Source of the DNA: Candidatus Latescibacterota bacterium
GTDB lineage: Bacteria > Latescibacterota > UBA2968 > UBA8231
Assembly (NCBI GenBank): GCA_009691525.1
Contig: SICG01000001.1
Location: forward strand, 791 to 64,790
Reading direction: 5' to 3'
Length of the DNA stretch: 64,000 bases
How positions within the stretch are numbered: position 1 is the stretch's first letter; each line of letters starts with the position of its first letter. Positions 35,365 through 45,576 of the stretch are shown here, piece after piece. Under the pieces are notes generated by a model, which saw only the letters and a program-made list of their open reading frames with translations, was not told the origin of the DNA and made no database searches. The position numbers and the translations under genes were made by a program.

Positions 35365-36723
35365 TCATCCTCCCAATACCAGCAAAGAGACCGCCTCGCA
35401 ATGCGGGGTCTGAGGGAACATGTCCACCGGCTGTACCGCAGCGACCCGGTACCCCATCGCCTGCAGACCAGCCAGGTCCTCGGCCAGCGAGAGCGGATTG
35501 CAGGAGATGTACACCACTTGCGGGGCCTGCAGTGCCCCCAGCGCCTCCAGCACCTTGCGGTGCAGGCCGGCCCTGGGGGGATCGGCGAAGATCCGGTCGA
35601 AACGCCTCCCCTCGCGCTGCAGGCGCGGCAGCACTTCCTCGGCCGGTCCGGCTTCAAACTCGCAGTTGGCGATGCCGTTGCGCTGCGCATTGCCGCGGGC
35701 ATCCGCTACCGCTTCGGCCACTACTTCCACCCCCAGCACCGCGCCGGCCGTGCGCGCCAGGTGCAAACTCAGGCTGCCGGTCCCGCAGTACAGGTCCAGC
35801 ACCGTCAGGCCCTGCAAATCGCCCCCCATCCGGCAGGCCAAGGCGTAGAGCTGCTCGGCCTGAAGCGGGTTGGTCTGAAAGAATGAACGCGGCGAAATGG
35901 CAAAGACCAATCCCCCGCACTCCTCCTCGATCCACCCTCTGCCTTTGATCACCCACTGGGCCTGCCCGACGGCCACCTGGGCCTTGCCGCTGTGCCGGGT
36001 GAGCACGAAGGTAGTGATTTCCGGCACCACCTCAAGCACCCCAGCGATCAAGGCATCTACCTCCGCGTTTGGGTACTGGGCCACCACCAGATCCACCAGG
36101 GTCTCTTCTCTCCTCACCGCTTGCCGAATGACGAGAAAACGCAGCAGTCCATCATGAGTCTTCAGATTGTAGGCGGGCAGCCCGGCCCGATCCGCATGTT
36201 GACGCACCGCCCGGATGATGCGGTTTGAAAGCGTTGACTGTAGGTGGCATTCCTCCACGTCGAACACCCGGTCAAAACGCCCGCGCAGATGCAGGCCCAG
36301 CATCAGTCTCCCGGCCTGGTCGGTAGCAAAAGAAAACTCCATCTTATTGCGGTAGAACAGGGGCTTGGGACTGGCCAGCACTGGCAGGAATTCCCCGGCG
36401 TTCACTCCGCGTTCTTCCAGGGCGCTGCGCACTATGCCCTCCTTGAAGCGCAGTTGATCTACATAGGGCAGGTCCTGCCAACGGCACCCGCCGCAACGGC
36501 CGAAATGCTGGCAGGGCGGTTCCTGGCGCGTAACAGCCATCTCCAGGAATTGCTCGGGCATGGCCAGCAGGCGTCCTTTGTACTTCCCCTTTACCCTGGC
36601 TTCGACCCGGTCTCCAGGCACCGCCCGCGGCACAATCACCGCCCGCCCTTCGACCTGGGCGATGCCCTCACCCTGCGGCGACAGCCCCACCACCTCCGCC
36701 ACGAATAGATCGCCTCGTTTCAT
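35365..36723 (-). CDS. rlmD: 23S rRNA (uracil-5-)-methyltransferase RlmD/RumA family (TRAM + 4Fe-4S + SAM MTase)
   Basis: ATG 36723 gives MKRGDLFVAEVVGLSPQGEGIA (TRAM). The Cys cluster is CQHFGRCGGCRWQ, the SAM-binding motif is VLDLYCGTGSLSL, and the catalytic region is VYISCNP. The track's N-terminal extension to 37077 crosses a terminator and overlaps rplQ. Confidence 0.88.
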   Translation of the reverse strand: MKRGDLFVAEVVGLSPQGEGIAQVEGRAVIVPRAVPGDRVEARVKGKYKGRLLAMPEQFLEMAVTRQEPPCQHFGRCGGCRWQDLPYVDQLRFKEGIVRSALEERGVNAGEFLPVLASPKPLFYRNKMEFSFATDQAGRLMLGLHLRGRFDRVFDVEECHLQSTLSNRIIRAVRQHADRAGLPAYNLKTHDGLLRFLVIRQAVRREETLVDLVVAQYPNAEVDALIAGVLEVVPEITTFVLTRHSGKAQVAVGQAQWVIKGRGWIEEECGGLVFAISPRSFFQTNPLQAEQLYALACRMGGDLQGLTVLDLYCGTGSLSLHLARTAGAVLGVEVVAEAVADARGNAQRNGIANCEFEAGPAEEVLPRLQREGRRFDRIFADPPRAGLHRKVLEALGALQAPQVVYISCNPLSLAEDLAGLQAMGYRVAAVQPVDMFPQTPHCEAVSLLVLGG

Positions 36724-36738
36724 AGATCTCACTTTCGC

Positions 36739-36774
36739 AAAAAAAAACGGGACGAGAATTTGCCTCTCGTCCCG
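36739..36774 (-). terminator. Strong intrinsic terminator closing the ribosomal supercluster after rplQ
   Basis: On the minus strand: stem CGGGACGAGA (36774-36765), 7-nt loop, stem TCTCGTCCCG (36757-36748), then U9 (36747-36739). Confidence 0.8.
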
Positions 36775-36796
36775 CCTGAGTCCTGTCAAAAGGCGT

Positions 36797-37237
36797 TTAG
36801 CTTTTGTCCCCCGCTGCGCCTTCCTTTTCCTGGTCGGTGGCCCCTTCGCCCTTAGTGGGTGCGCTCCGCCCCTCCTTGGCCGGCCGGTCGACCAGCTCAA
36901 TGAGGCAGATGGAGGCGCAGTCGCCGCGGCGGTAGCCCAGCTTGACGATGCGGGTATAGCCCCCGTTGCGGTTGGTGTACCGCGGGGCGATCTCGGTGAA
37001 GATCTTGGCCACCACCTTTTTGTCGGCGATAAGGCGCAGCACCTGACGCCGGGCGTGTAGGTCACCGCGCTTGGCAAAGGAGATCACGTGATCCGCTTCG
37101 CGGCGCAACTCCTTGGCCCGGGCTTCGGTGGTCTGGATGGCCTCGTGTGCGAAGAACGAGGTGACCATGTTGGCCATCATGTGTTTGCGGTGGTCGTAGG
37201 TGCGCCCTAATTTGGCGACTTTTTTACCGTGTCTCAT
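36797..37237 (-). CDS. rplQ: 50S ribosomal protein L17
   Basis: MRHGKKVAKLGRTYDHRKHMMANM...GGYTRIVKLGYRRGD. It follows rpoA, as in the alpha operon. Confidence 0.97.
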   Translation of the reverse strand: MRHGKKVAKLGRTYDHRKHMMANMVTSFFAHEAIQTTEARAKELRREADHVISFAKRGDLHARRQVLRLIADKKVVAKIFTEIAPRYTNRNGGYTRIVKLGYRRGDCASICLIELVDRPAKEGRSAPTKGEGATDQEKEGAAGDKS

Positions 37238-37258
37238 TGTCCAGGCTTCCTCAGTAAA

Positions 37259-38275
37259 TCAGAATTCCTCGCTGACGGGTGCAGGGACCTCTTCCTCAAT
37301 GTTGAGATGCTCGTACATCGAGATGTCCATACCCCAGCGCAGGTCGAGCTTCTGGAGAATTTCTCCCAGCTCAGTGAGGGATTTGCGGCCGAAATTGCGG
37401 AACTTGAGCATCTCACCCTCACTGTGCGAGACCAAATCGCGCAGGTGGCCGATGCCCGCTGCCCGCAGGCAATTGGCAGAACGTACCGAGAGCTCCATTT
37501 CATCCACCGGCATGGCCAGCAGCCGGGCGATGCGTTTGCTCTCTGCGTCGACCCGCTTTTCCTCGACCTGCGCCGGCTCCTCCTCGAAGTTGATGAAGAG
37601 GTTGAGGTGCTCGTTGAGGATGTGGGCGGCCTGGGCGACGGCGTCCTCGGGCTTGAGCGAGCCGTCGGTCCACACTTCTATGGTGAGTTTGTCATAATCG
37701 GTGCGCCGGCCGACACGGGCGTTCTCAACCTCGTACTTCACCTTGAGCACCGGCGAAAAATTGGCGTCTAAGGGTATCGTGCCAATGGGCTGATCCGGGG
37801 TCTTGTTCTCCTCGGAAAAGACATAGCCACGCCCCTTGCCCACCGTAAATTCCATCTTGAAATGGGCATTGGCACCCAGGGTGGCCAGGTGCAGGTCCGG
37901 GTTCATCACCTCAACACTGGGTTCAACGGCCAGTTGCTTGGCCAGCAGCACCCCCGCGCCCGTGGCTTCCACTCTCAAGATCCGGTCCTCTTCCCCATGG
38001 TAGCGCAGGGCCACCTCCTTGAGGTTGAGGATGAGCTCGGGCACATCCTCGCGCATCCCCTTGACCACCGAGAACTCGTGCTGCACGCCTTCGATATTCA
38101 CCCGCTTGATAGCGGCACCCTGGATGGCCGAGAGCAACACCCGACGCAGGGCATGCCCCACGGTCATGCCAAAACCCCGTTCGAGCGGTTGCACCAGGAA
38201 CTTGCCATAGGTCTCGCTCAGCGAGTCCTTGTCGATCTCGACCAGCCTGGGCATCTGGAGGCCGTCTAACTTCAT
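37259..38275 (-). CDS. rpoA: DNA-directed RNA polymerase subunit alpha
   Basis: 338 aa with GKFLVQPLERGFGMTVGHALRRVLLS, and a C-terminal domain ELSVRSANCLRAAGIGHLRDLV. Confidence 0.97.
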   Translation of the reverse strand: MKLDGLQMPRLVEIDKDSLSETYGKFLVQPLERGFGMTVGHALRRVLLSAIQGAAIKRVNIEGVQHEFSVVKGMREDVPELILNLKEVALRYHGEEDRILRVEATGAGVLLAKQLAVEPSVEVMNPDLHLATLGANAHFKMEFTVGKGRGYVFSEENKTPDQPIGTIPLDANFSPVLKVKYEVENARVGRRTDYDKLTIEVWTDGSLKPEDAVAQAAHILNEHLNLFINFEEEPAQVEEKRVDAESKRIARLLAMPVDEMELSVRSANCLRAAGIGHLRDLVSHSEGEMLKFRNFGRKSLTELGEILQKLDLRWGMDISMYEHLNIEEEVPAPVSEEF

Positions 38276-38316
38276 AGCGACTCCCTGAAATTCTGGATTG
38301 GAGGTCAGACGCGGGA

Positions 38317-38943
38317 TCAGGCCCGCGAGTAGAACTCGATCACCAACTGCTCATCCGCCACGGTCGGGATATTGTCCCGACTCGGCTTCTCCAGTACTGT
38401 TCCCTGGAGATTGACCTTGTCCACCAAAAGCCAGGGCAGCGATTCCCTGGAGCGCCGCATGGACTCGTGGATGACTTCGAGTTGCTTGCTATGCTCGGCC
38501 ACCTGCACCACATCACCCGGCTTGGTCAGGAACGAGGCGATATTGACCTTGCGCCCGTTGACCGTGAAATGGTTATGTCGGACCAGCTGCCGGGCCGCCT
38601 TGCGCGAGGGCGCCATGCCGAGCCTGAAGACGATATTGTCAAGGCGCCCTTCCAGCAGCCGCAATAGATTCTCACCGCTAACACCGGGAACACGGGTAGC
38701 CTCTTGGTAGTACTTCCTGAACTGACCTTCGCGCAATCCATAGATCCGCGACAACTTCTGCTTGGCGCGCAACTGCACACTGTAATCCGAGTGTTTGCGG
38801 CGCATGCCCTGACCGTGCTGGCCGGGGGCATAGCTGCGCCGTTCAAAGGCGCATTTTTCCAGGTTGCACCGCTCGCCTTTGAGAAACAACTTGGCCCCTT
38901 CTCGACGGCAAAACCGGCAATTGGGCCCCACATATCTGCTCAT
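38317..38943 (-). CDS. rpsD: 30S ribosomal protein S4
   Basis: MSRYVGPNCRFCRREGAKLFLKGERC, in the conserved operon position. Confidence 0.97.
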   Translation of the reverse strand: MSRYVGPNCRFCRREGAKLFLKGERCNLEKCAFERRSYAPGQHGQGMRRKHSDYSVQLRAKQKLSRIYGLREGQFRKYYQEATRVPGVSGENLLRLLEGRLDNIVFRLGMAPSRKAARQLVRHNHFTVNGRKVNIASFLTKPGDVVQVAEHSKQLEVIHESMRRSRESLPWLLVDKVNLQGTVLEKPSRDNIPTVADEQLVIEFYSRA

Positions 38944-38958
38944 CTTGTTCTTCCCTTC

Positions 38959-39357
38959 TCAGACCCGGCGGCGCTTGGGAGGCCGGCAGCCATTGTGAGG
39001 AATGGGGGTGACATCGCGGATGGCCGAGATCTCCAAGCCGGCGTTCTGTAGCGCGCGAATAGCAGAATCGCGGCCCACACCCGGACCCTTTACCCACACC
39101 TCGACCCGCCTCAGTCCCATGCTGATGGCATCCTTGGCGGCCCTTTCGGCGGCCAATTGGCCGGCAAAGGGTGTTGACTTCCGGCTCCCCTTGATGCTCA
39201 TCTTGCCGGGAGTGGCCCACGAAAGCACGTTGCCCTGCCGGTCGGTCAGGGTAACGATGGTGTTGTTGAAGCTGGACAAGATATGGGCTATGCCCACCGC
39301 CTCTACTTGTTTGGCCTTCTTGCGCCGGCGACGCGTTCTCTCATTCTCAGGTGGCAA
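38959..39357 (-). CDS. rpsK: 30S ribosomal protein S11
   Basis: [18 protein letters not shown]...[15 protein letters not shown]. Confidence 0.97.
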   Translation of the reverse strand: MPPENERTRRRRKKAKQVEAVGIAHILSSFNNTIVTLTDRQGNVLSWATPGKMSIKGSRKSTPFAGQLAAERAAKDAISMGLRRVEVWVKGPGVGRDSAIRALQNAGLEISAIRDVTPIPHNGCRPPKRRRV

Positions 39358-39393
39358 AGGGCTCTTCCTTTGGCAAAGTGTTAAAGCAGATGC

Positions 39394-39777
39394 TTACTTC
39401 GGTGAAGGCGGCCTTTTCTTGCCGGCCACGGCCTTGCGCGGTCCCTTGCGGGTACGTGCATTGGTGCGAGTGCGCTGGCCACGCGCCGGTAATCCGCGGC
39501 GGTGACGCCACCCCCTGAAGCAGCCGATATCCATCAGCCGCTTGATATTCATACTCACTTCACTGCGCAGAATCCCCTCGACCTTCAGTCGGTTCTCGAT
39601 GATTCCGCGCAGTTGGACAACCTGCTCGTCACTGAGCGCCTGGACGCGGGTGTTGGGATCGACCCCCGCCTGCTCGAGGATCTTGCTGGCCGTGGACTGA
39701 CCTATGCCGAAGATATAGGTGAGCCCGACGGCGATGCGCTTCTCCCGGGGGAGATCCACTCCGGCGATGCGTGCCAT
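39394..39777 (-). CDS. rpsM: 30S ribosomal protein S13
   Basis: [26 protein letters not shown]. Confidence 0.97.
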   Translation of the reverse strand: MARIAGVDLPREKRIAVGLTYIFGIGQSTASKILEQAGVDPNTRVQALSDEQVVQLRGIIENRLKVEGILRSEVSMNIKRLMDIGCFRGWRHRRGLPARGQRTRTNARTRKGPRKAVAGKKRPPSPK

Positions 39778-39787
39778 TGGGTTCCTC

Positions 39788-39904
39788 CTAACCTTGACGT
39801 TGTTTGTGCCGCGGGTTGCGCTTGCAGATTACCCGCATAACCCCGTGACGGCGGATGATCTTGCATTCTGAACAGCGCTTACCTATGGATGCTCTGACCT
39901 TCAC
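39788..39904 (-). CDS. rpmJ: 50S ribosomal protein L36
   Basis: Too short for the ORF track. Manual translation from GTG 39904 gives (M)[37 protein letters not shown], ending at TAG 39788-39790. Confidence 0.93.
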   Translation of the reverse strand: MKVRASIGKRCSECKIIRRHGVMRVICKRNPRHKQRQG

Positions 39905-39928
39905 ACTGACCTCCTTGCGGTGGATGCC

Positions 39929-41269
39929 CTAGGACGTGCGACGCCCTTGGATCCGCCCCTTCTTCATGAAACCTTCATAATGCCGGGTGAGCAGCTGCGA
40001 TTCCAGTTGCTGCAGGGTATCGAGGGCCACACCGACGACGATCAGCAACCCGGTACCGCCAAAGAACTGCGCGAATGAAGGCGAAACGTTGAACTCCTGA
40101 GAAACGAAGAAGGGGAAGATCGCCACCGCTGCCAGCGCAAAGGAGCCCGGCAGGGTGATACGGGTCATAATGCCGTCGATAAACTGCGCCGTCTTCTTGC
40201 CGGGCCGCACCCCAGGGATGAAACCCCCGTGTTTCTTCATGGTGTCGGCCACCTGGTTGGGGTCCATGACGATGGCGGTGTAGAAGTAGGCGAAGAACAC
40301 AACCATCAGCCCGTAGAGGATCCAGTAGACAAATGACTCTGTTGAGAAGAAACTGCCCAGGGTCTGCATAAAATTGTTGTCTGGAAAGAAGCTGGTCGCC
40401 GTCTGGGGGATAAACATAATGGATTGGGCAAAGATGATCGGAATCACCCCGGCGGCATTGATGCGCAGGGGAATGTGGGTCGTCTGTCCGCCGTAGACCC
40501 GCCGGCCGACCACTCGTTTGGCGTACTGCACCGGGATTTTGCGCTGTCCCTGGGTCAGCAGGATGACAAAGGCAACCATAAGGAACATCAGCGCGATCAG
40601 GATCAGTTCCTCAATGAGATTTTTGCCCGCTCCACGGTTGATCAGGTAGTTTGCCCACTCACTCTTGATGGCATAGGGCAACTCCGCGACGATACCAATG
40701 AAGATGATCAGCGACTGGCCGTTGCCGATACCGCGCTCGGTGATCTGCTCACCCAACCACATGATGAAAACCGTGCCGGTAGTGATGGTCAACATCGTCA
40801 TCAGTCGGAAAGGCCAGCCTGGATCGCCGACCGCACTCACGCCTGACATCGGAGCGCGGATGGTCTCCAAAAATACGCTGACACCAAAAGACTGGCCAAC
40901 CGCCAGAAAGACGGTTCCGTAGCGGGTGTACTGAATGATCTTGCGCCGGCCCTCTTCCCCCTCGCGCTGCAATTTCTGGAAGAAGGGAATCACCGCACCC
41001 AGCAACTGCAGAATGATCGAGGCGCTGATATAAGGCATGATCCCCAGGGCAAAAACCGTAGCCCGGGTAAAGGCCCCCCCCACAAACATGTCGTAAAGCC
41101 CGAACAGGGTGTTCCCCGAGCCTGAGAAGAACTCCTGCAGGACGCGTGGATCGATACCCGGAATGGTGATCTGACCGCCGACGCGATAGACTACCAACAA
41201 CGCGCAGGTGTAAAGGATGCGGCGGCGGAGATCCGGTATCTTGAAACAGTTTTGGAAGCTCTGCAGCAC
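39929..41269 (-). CDS. secY: Preprotein translocase subunit SecY
   Basis: 446 aa and polytopic, with IPDLRRRILYTCALLVVYRVGGQITIPGID. It sits between rplO and rpmJ. Confidence 0.97.
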   Translation of the reverse strand: MLQSFQNCFKIPDLRRRILYTCALLVVYRVGGQITIPGIDPRVLQEFFSGSGNTLFGLYDMFVGGAFTRATVFALGIMPYISASIILQLLGAVIPFFQKLQREGEEGRRKIIQYTRYGTVFLAVGQSFGVSVFLETIRAPMSGVSAVGDPGWPFRLMTMLTITTGTVFIMWLGEQITERGIGNGQSLIIFIGIVAELPYAIKSEWANYLINRGAGKNLIEELILIALMFLMVAFVILLTQGQRKIPVQYAKRVVGRRVYGGQTTHIPLRINAAGVIPIIFAQSIMFIPQTATSFFPDNNFMQTLGSFFSTESFVYWILYGLMVVFFAYFYTAIVMDPNQVADTMKKHGGFIPGVRPGKKTAQFIDGIMTRITLPGSFALAAVAIFPFFVSQEFNVSPSFAQFFGGTGLLIVVGVALDTLQQLESQLLTRHYEGFMKKGRIQGRRTS

Positions 41270-41270
41270 C

Positions 41271-41717
41271 TCAGATCACCTCAGCCTTGCCACCGGCCTG
41301 GACAATCTTGTCCTGAGCCGACTGGGAAAACTTGTGGGCTTTAAGGGTAAGGCTGCGTTTCAATTCTCCTTCGCCCAGGATCTTGACCGGCAGGGTTGCT
41401 TTGCGGATGAGGCCGGCCTTTCTCAGCTCTTCGGGGCCAATCATGCCTTCCAGGCCCTTCTCCTCAATGTCGCCGAGGTTAACCACCTGATAGGTCTTCC
41501 GGAAGGGGTTGGTGAACCCGATTTTGGGGAGGCGGCGATGCAAGGGCATCTGGCCACCTTCGAAGCCGTTGCGGCGGCCACGTGGCCCACCGGAACGGGC
41601 ACGCTGCCCCTTGTGGCCCCGGCCCGCCGTCTTACCTGTCCCCGACCCCGTCCCCTGGCCCAAACGCTTCCGGTCCCGGTGAGCCCCTGGGGGTTGCTTT
41701 ATCTGACCTAAACGCAT
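41271..41717 (-). CDS. rplO: 50S ribosomal protein L15
   Basis: GTGSGTGKTAGRGHKGQRARSG. Confidence 0.96.
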   Translation of the reverse strand: MRLGQIKQPPGAHRDRKRLGQGTGSGTGKTAGRGHKGQRARSGGPRGRRNGFEGGQMPLHRRLPKIGFTNPFRKTYQVVNLGDIEEKGLEGMIGPEELRKAGLIRKATLPVKILGEGELKRSLTLKAHKFSQSAQDKIVQAGGKAEVI

Positions 41718-41739
41718 GATCTCCCCTGCGCCTCCTTGT

Positions 41740-41922
41740 TCAGTTTTCGATCTCGCGCACCCGCAGAAGGTGCGATACCTTGCGGATCATGCCGCGGATC
41801 TGCGGCGAATCTTCGTGCACCACTGGCTGATTCAGGCGCCGGATACCCAAAGCCCTGACGGTTTCCTGCTGTCCCCTAGACTTACCAATGGCGCTGCGGC
41901 ATTGAACTATGGCTAATTTCAT
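41740..41922 (-). CDS. rpmD: 50S ribosomal protein L30
   Basis: 60 aa with [26 protein letters not shown], located between rpsE and rplO. Confidence 0.93.
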   Translation of the reverse strand: MKLAIVQCRSAIGKSRGQQETVRALGIRRLNQPVVHEDSPQIRGMIRKVSHLLRVREIEN

Positions 41923-41934
41923 CTATACTCCTCC

Positions 41935-42444
41935 TCAGCCGCGCAACGTCGCCAGATCCACACCCCGCAGTTTGGCAACCATCTCGGGGCTGCGCAACTG
42001 CGTGATCCCCTGGAGGGCGGCCTTGACGCTGTTCTGGGAATTGCTTGATCCCAATGATTTTGTCAGGATATCGTGAATTCCCGCCAATTCGAGCAAGATG
42101 CGGATCCCACCACTGGCGATAACCCCGGTTCCCGGAGATGCCGGCTTGAGCAACACCTGCGCCGCTCCAAACTTGCCAATAACTTCATGCGGGATGGTGG
42201 CGCCCATCAGAGGCACCTCGACGAGATTCTTCTTTGCAGCCTCGGTACCCTTGCGGATGGCCTCGGCCACCTCGCCTGCCTTGCCCGTGCCAATGCCTAC
42301 ACGACCACGACGGTCACCCACCACTACTAGAGCAGTGAAGCTGAAGCGGCGCCCGCCTTTACGCACATGGGAGACACGCCGGATGCTGTTCTGTACCACC
42401 GCCTCACTGAGTTCCGAAGTACCTTGATCGATCTTCTTGGCCAC
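41935..42444 (-). CDS. rpsE: 30S ribosomal protein S5
   Basis: [38 protein letters not shown]. Confidence 0.97.
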   Translation of the reverse strand: MAKKIDQGTSELSEAVVQNSIRRVSHVRKGGRRFSFTALVVVGDRRGRVGIGTGKAGEVAEAIRKGTEAAKKNLVEVPLMGATIPHEVIGKFGAAQVLLKPASPGTGVIASGGIRILLELAGIHDILTKSLGSSNSQNSVKAALQGITQLRSPEMVAKLRGVDLATLRG

Positions 42445-42459
42445 CTAAAATCTTCTCCT

Positions 42460-42825
42460 CTAGAAATTCAATCCGCCCTCACGGGCGCCCTCGGCCACCG
42501 CCTTGATGATGCCGTGGTACAGAGACCCAGCCCTATCGAAGACCACCTGGTGGATGCCCTTCTCAGCCGCCCTGGCGGCCAAGAGCTTGCCCAACACACG
42601 CCCCTGCTCGGTACGGTTGCTGAATTCCCCGCGCAGTTCCTTGGCCCGTGTGGAAAGGCCAACAAGCGAGTGCCCAACGCTGTCGTCGATGATCTGCGCC
42701 TCGATATTGCGCAGGCTCCGATGCACCACCAACCTAGGACGCGCCGGGCTGCCGTTCACTCTTTTGCGAATCCGGAAACGGCGCCGTTCGATTACCTGTT
42801 TTTTATGGCGATTCTTGTCTGCCAT
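42460..42825 (-). CDS. rplR: 50S ribosomal protein L18
   Basis: RRRFRIRKRVNGSPARPRLVVHRSLRNIEAQIIDD...FDRAGSLYHGIIKAVAEGAREGGLNF. Confidence 0.97.
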   Translation of the reverse strand: MADKNRHKKQVIERRRFRIRKRVNGSPARPRLVVHRSLRNIEAQIIDDSVGHSLVGLSTRAKELRGEFSNRTEQGRVLGKLLAARAAEKGIHQVVFDRAGSLYHGIIKAVAEGAREGGLNF

Positions 42826-42849
42826 CCTCTGTCTTCTCTATCCGTTCGC

Positions 42850-43407
42850 TTAAGCGGAGGCGGTCTTGCCCGCTTTCCAATGAATCACTTCGTTCTCGTA
42901 GCGGATTCCCTTGCCCTTGTACGGATCGGGTTTGCGCTTGTCGCGGATCTCCGCGGCCGCCTGCCCAACCTGCTGCTTGTCGATGCCCTGCACCACGATC
43001 CGCACCTGGGCTCCCTGCACCGCAGCCTCGGTGCTCAGCTCAATACCCTCAGGGGCCTCGTAAACCACGGTGTGGGAAAAACCGATAGAAAGGGTCAGTC
43101 GCCGGCCCTGGACCTCAGCGCGGAAACCGACGCCAAAAAGATCCAGTCGCTTGGAAAAACGCTGGGTGACCCCGGTAACCGCATTGGCGATGAGTGACCG
43201 CGTCAACCCGTGCACCGCACGGGCGAACTTATCGTCTGCCTTGCGTTGAATCCGCACTTGCTGCCTCTCAACCTGTAGGTCGAGGAGATTGACATTGAAA
43301 GGCACCCTCAATTCACCTTTGGGTCCTTTGACCTTTACTTCCTGCCCGTGGGCAGCTAGTTCCACTCCCTGAGGGAGTACAATCGGCAATAATCCTATGC
43401 GAGACAC
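42850..43407 (-). CDS. rplF: 50S ribosomal protein L6
   Basis: MSRIGLLPIVLPQGVELAAHGQEVKVKGPKGEL...KGKGIRYENEVI. Confidence 0.97.
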   Translation of the reverse strand: MSRIGLLPIVLPQGVELAAHGQEVKVKGPKGELRVPFNVNLLDLQVERQQVRIQRKADDKFARAVHGLTRSLIANAVTGVTQRFSKRLDLFGVGFRAEVQGRRLTLSIGFSHTVVYEAPEGIELSTEAAVQGAQVRIVVQGIDKQQVGQAAAEIRDKRKPDPYKGKGIRYENEVIHWKAGKTASA

Positions 43408-43426
43408 GTATTACTCTCCCGGTTAA

Positions 43427-43825
43427 CTACCAGACTTTGCAGAGGACCTCGCCGCCAATGCCGGCCCTCCGGGCCTCCCGGTCGGTCATCAAACCCCGCG
43501 AGGTGGAGATGATGGCGATGCCCAGGCCGCGCAGCACCCTGGGGATCTTGTCCTTGGCGGTGTACTGGCGCAGACCTGGCTTGCTGATACGCCGCAGCCC
43601 GCGGATGAGGCTGTGGCTGCGCTCATCATAGCGCAGGTAGAGCCGCAATTGCCCCTGCTTCCCGTCTTCAAAGTAGGCAAAATTATCGATGAAACGCTGC
43701 TCAGCCATGATACGGGCAATCTCCCGCTTCACCCCGGATGCCGGCACGTCGACTTTCTTGTGGCGGGCCTGGCAGGCGTTGCGGATGCGGGTGAGCATAT
43801 CGGCGATGGGATCAGTCATACTCAT
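43427..43825 (-). CDS. rpsH: 30S ribosomal protein S8
   Basis: [17 protein letters not shown]...GGEVLCKVW. Confidence 0.97.
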   Translation of the reverse strand: MSMTDPIADMLTRIRNACQARHKKVDVPASGVKREIARIMAEQRFIDNFAYFEDGKQGQLRLYLRYDERSHSLIRGLRRISKPGLRQYTAKDKIPRVLRGLGIAIISTSRGLMTDREARRAGIGGEVLCKVW

Positions 43826-43844
43826 AATTTGGGTCTCCCTGCCT

Positions 43845-44030
43845 TTACCAGCTGGCCTTGGTCACCCCGGGGATCTCCCCCTGGAGCGCCAGGTCGCGGA
43901 AACAAATCCGGCAAAGGCCGAATTTCCGATATACCCCGCGGGGCCGCCCGCAACGCATACAACGCGTGTACTTGCGCACCTTGAATTTTGGTTCACGCGA
44001 GGCTTTGATGATCAGGCACTTTTTAGCCAT
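43845..44030 (-). CDS. rpsN: 30S ribosomal protein S14, short zinc-binding (type Z) form
   Basis: 61 aa with [22 protein letters not shown] (CxxC...CxxC). Confidence 0.96.
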   Translation of the reverse strand: MAKKCLIIKASREPKFKVRKYTRCMRCGRPRGVYRKFGLCRICFRDLALQGEIPGVTKASW

Positions 44031-44043
44031 CTATTTCTCCGCA

Positions 44044-44583
44044 TCAGTTGCTGAAAGGCATCCCCAGGAGCCGCAGCAACTCCCTGGCTTCTTCGTCGGT
44101 CTTGGCCGACGTGACAAACGTGATATTCATGCCCCGGATCTGGTCGACCTTGTCATAGTCGATTTCCGGGAAAATGAGCTGCTCTTTGACACCCATATTG
44201 TAATTGCCGCGCCCGTCGAAACCCTTGACCGGCACGCCGCGAAAATCCCGCACCTGCGGCAGGGAAAAGTTCACCAAGCGATCCAGGAACTCAAACATCC
44301 GACTACGTCGCAACGTGACCATACAGCCGATGGGAATCGACTCGCGGAGTTTAAAGTTCGAGATCGCCGTCTTGGAGCGGCGCAACGCGGGCTTCTGGCC
44401 GGTAATCGCCGTCAGATCTGCCACGGCTCCGTCCATCGCCTTGGGCTCCTGGACGGCCTCTCCCACCCCCATGTTCACCACGATTTTCTCGAGGCGCGGC
44501 ACATCCATGGGATTGGAGTAACCGAAACGCTCGCGCAACGCGGGGACAACACTCTCTCGGTACTGCTCATTCAATCTGGCCAT
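44044..44583 (-). CDS. rplE: 50S ribosomal protein L5
   Basis: From ATG 44583, [43 protein letters not shown] aligns with the E. coli L5 N-terminus. The track's TTG 44592 adds 3 residues. Confidence 0.96.
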   Translation of the reverse strand: MARLNEQYRESVVPALRERFGYSNPMDVPRLEKIVVNMGVGEAVQEPKAMDGAVADLTAITGQKPALRRSKTAISNFKLRESIPIGCMVTLRRSRMFEFLDRLVNFSLPQVRDFRGVPVKGFDGRGNYNMGVKEQLIFPEIDYDKVDQIRGMNITFVTSAKTDEEARELLRLLGMPFSN

Positions 44584-44593
44584 GAACCCCAAC

Positions 44594-44917
44594 TCACTTG
44601 GAATCTATCATTTCGCCACTGCGCACCGAAGTGCGCACGTATTTGCCGTTTTCCATCTTCTTCTTGCCAACTCGCGTTGGCTTGTCGGTCTTGGGACAGA
44701 TGACCATCAAATTAGAGATATGGATGGTCGCCTCGCGCTCGACAATGCCACCTTGCGGATCCCGCTGAGTGGGGCGCGTATGGCGTTTCATCATCCGGAT
44801 GCCTTCGACAATGGCCCGGTTCTTTTCCCTAGCAACGCCGAGCACCTTGCCGCGCTTGCCTTTGTCGTTGCCGCTGATCACCTGCACCAAATCACCCTTG
44901 CGAATGTTCATCTGCAC
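44594..44917 (-). CDS. rplX: 50S ribosomal protein L24
   Basis: [24 protein letters not shown] (KOW motif). Confidence 0.96.
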   Translation of the reverse strand: MQMNIRKGDLVQVISGNDKGKRGKVLGVAREKNRAIVEGIRMMKRHTRPTQRDPQGGIVEREATIHISNLMVICPKTDKPTRVGKKKMENGKYVRTSVRSGEMIDSK

Positions 44918-44921
44918 CCTC

Positions 44922-45290
44922 TCAGACTACTTCGGGAGCCAAGGAGACGATGCGCATGAACTGCTTGTCGCGCAGTTCACGGGCCACCGGCCCGAAAATG
45001 CGGGTTCCCATGGGCTCGTTGTTAGCATCGACCAAGACCGCGGCGTTTTCATCGAAGCGGATATAGGACCCGTCCGGCCGCCGGTACTCCTTCTTGGTGC
45101 GCACCACCACCGCCCGTGCAACCTGGCCCTCTTTGAGCGGACCGTTGGGTATCACATCGTGCACCGCCACCACGATCAGATCTCCCACACTCGCGTACTG
45201 CCGCTTGGAACCGCCGAGCACCCGGATACAGCGCGCGCGCCGGGCCCCGGCGTTGTCGGCCATTTTGACTACCGTGTATACTCTAATCAT
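44922..45290 (-). CDS. rplN: 50S ribosomal protein L14
   Basis: The start is taken at ATG 45290 ([27 protein letters not shown]), giving 122 aa. The track ORF extends 16 codons further upstream. Confidence 0.96.
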   Translation of the reverse strand: MIRVYTVVKMADNAGARRARCIRVLGGSKRQYASVGDLIVVAVHDVIPNGPLKEGQVARAVVVRTKKEYRRPDGSYIRFDENAAVLVDANNEPMGTRIFGPVARELRDKQFMRIVSLAPEVV

Positions 45291-45309
45291 GACTAGCTGT
45301 CGCTCTCTC

Positions 45310-45573
45310 TCACTCGCTGCTCTTTGCCAGGATAGCAATCAGACGCCACCGCTTGGTCCGGCTCATAGGCCGGCACTCCTGCAGCCGAACCAGATCACCC
45401 ACCTTGGAGGCATTCTGCTGGTCGTGGGCCACCACTTTTACTGTCCGCTTGAGAAAACGGCCGTAGAGGCGGTGGGGTATCAACTGCTCGATGGAGACAA
45501 CTCGCGTCGTCTCGTTGTTGGCCTTGAGAACCCGGCCCTCGACACTGCGCCGACCCGTAACATGCTCACTCAT
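45310..45573 (-). CDS. rpsQ: 30S ribosomal protein S17
   Basis: [39 protein letters not shown]. Confidence 0.96.
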   Translation of the reverse strand: MSEHVTGRRSVEGRVLKANNETTRVVSIEQLIPHRLYGRFLKRTVKVVAHDQQNASKVGDLVRLQECRPMSRTKRWRLIAILAKSSE

Positions 45574-45576
45574 AGC

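Noticed and set aside
36724-37077. N-terminal 118-codon extension of the rlmD ORF (track 35365..37077)
   Set aside because: The extension runs through the rplQ terminator and overlaps rplQ in another frame. The conserved TRAM domain begins at ATG 36723.
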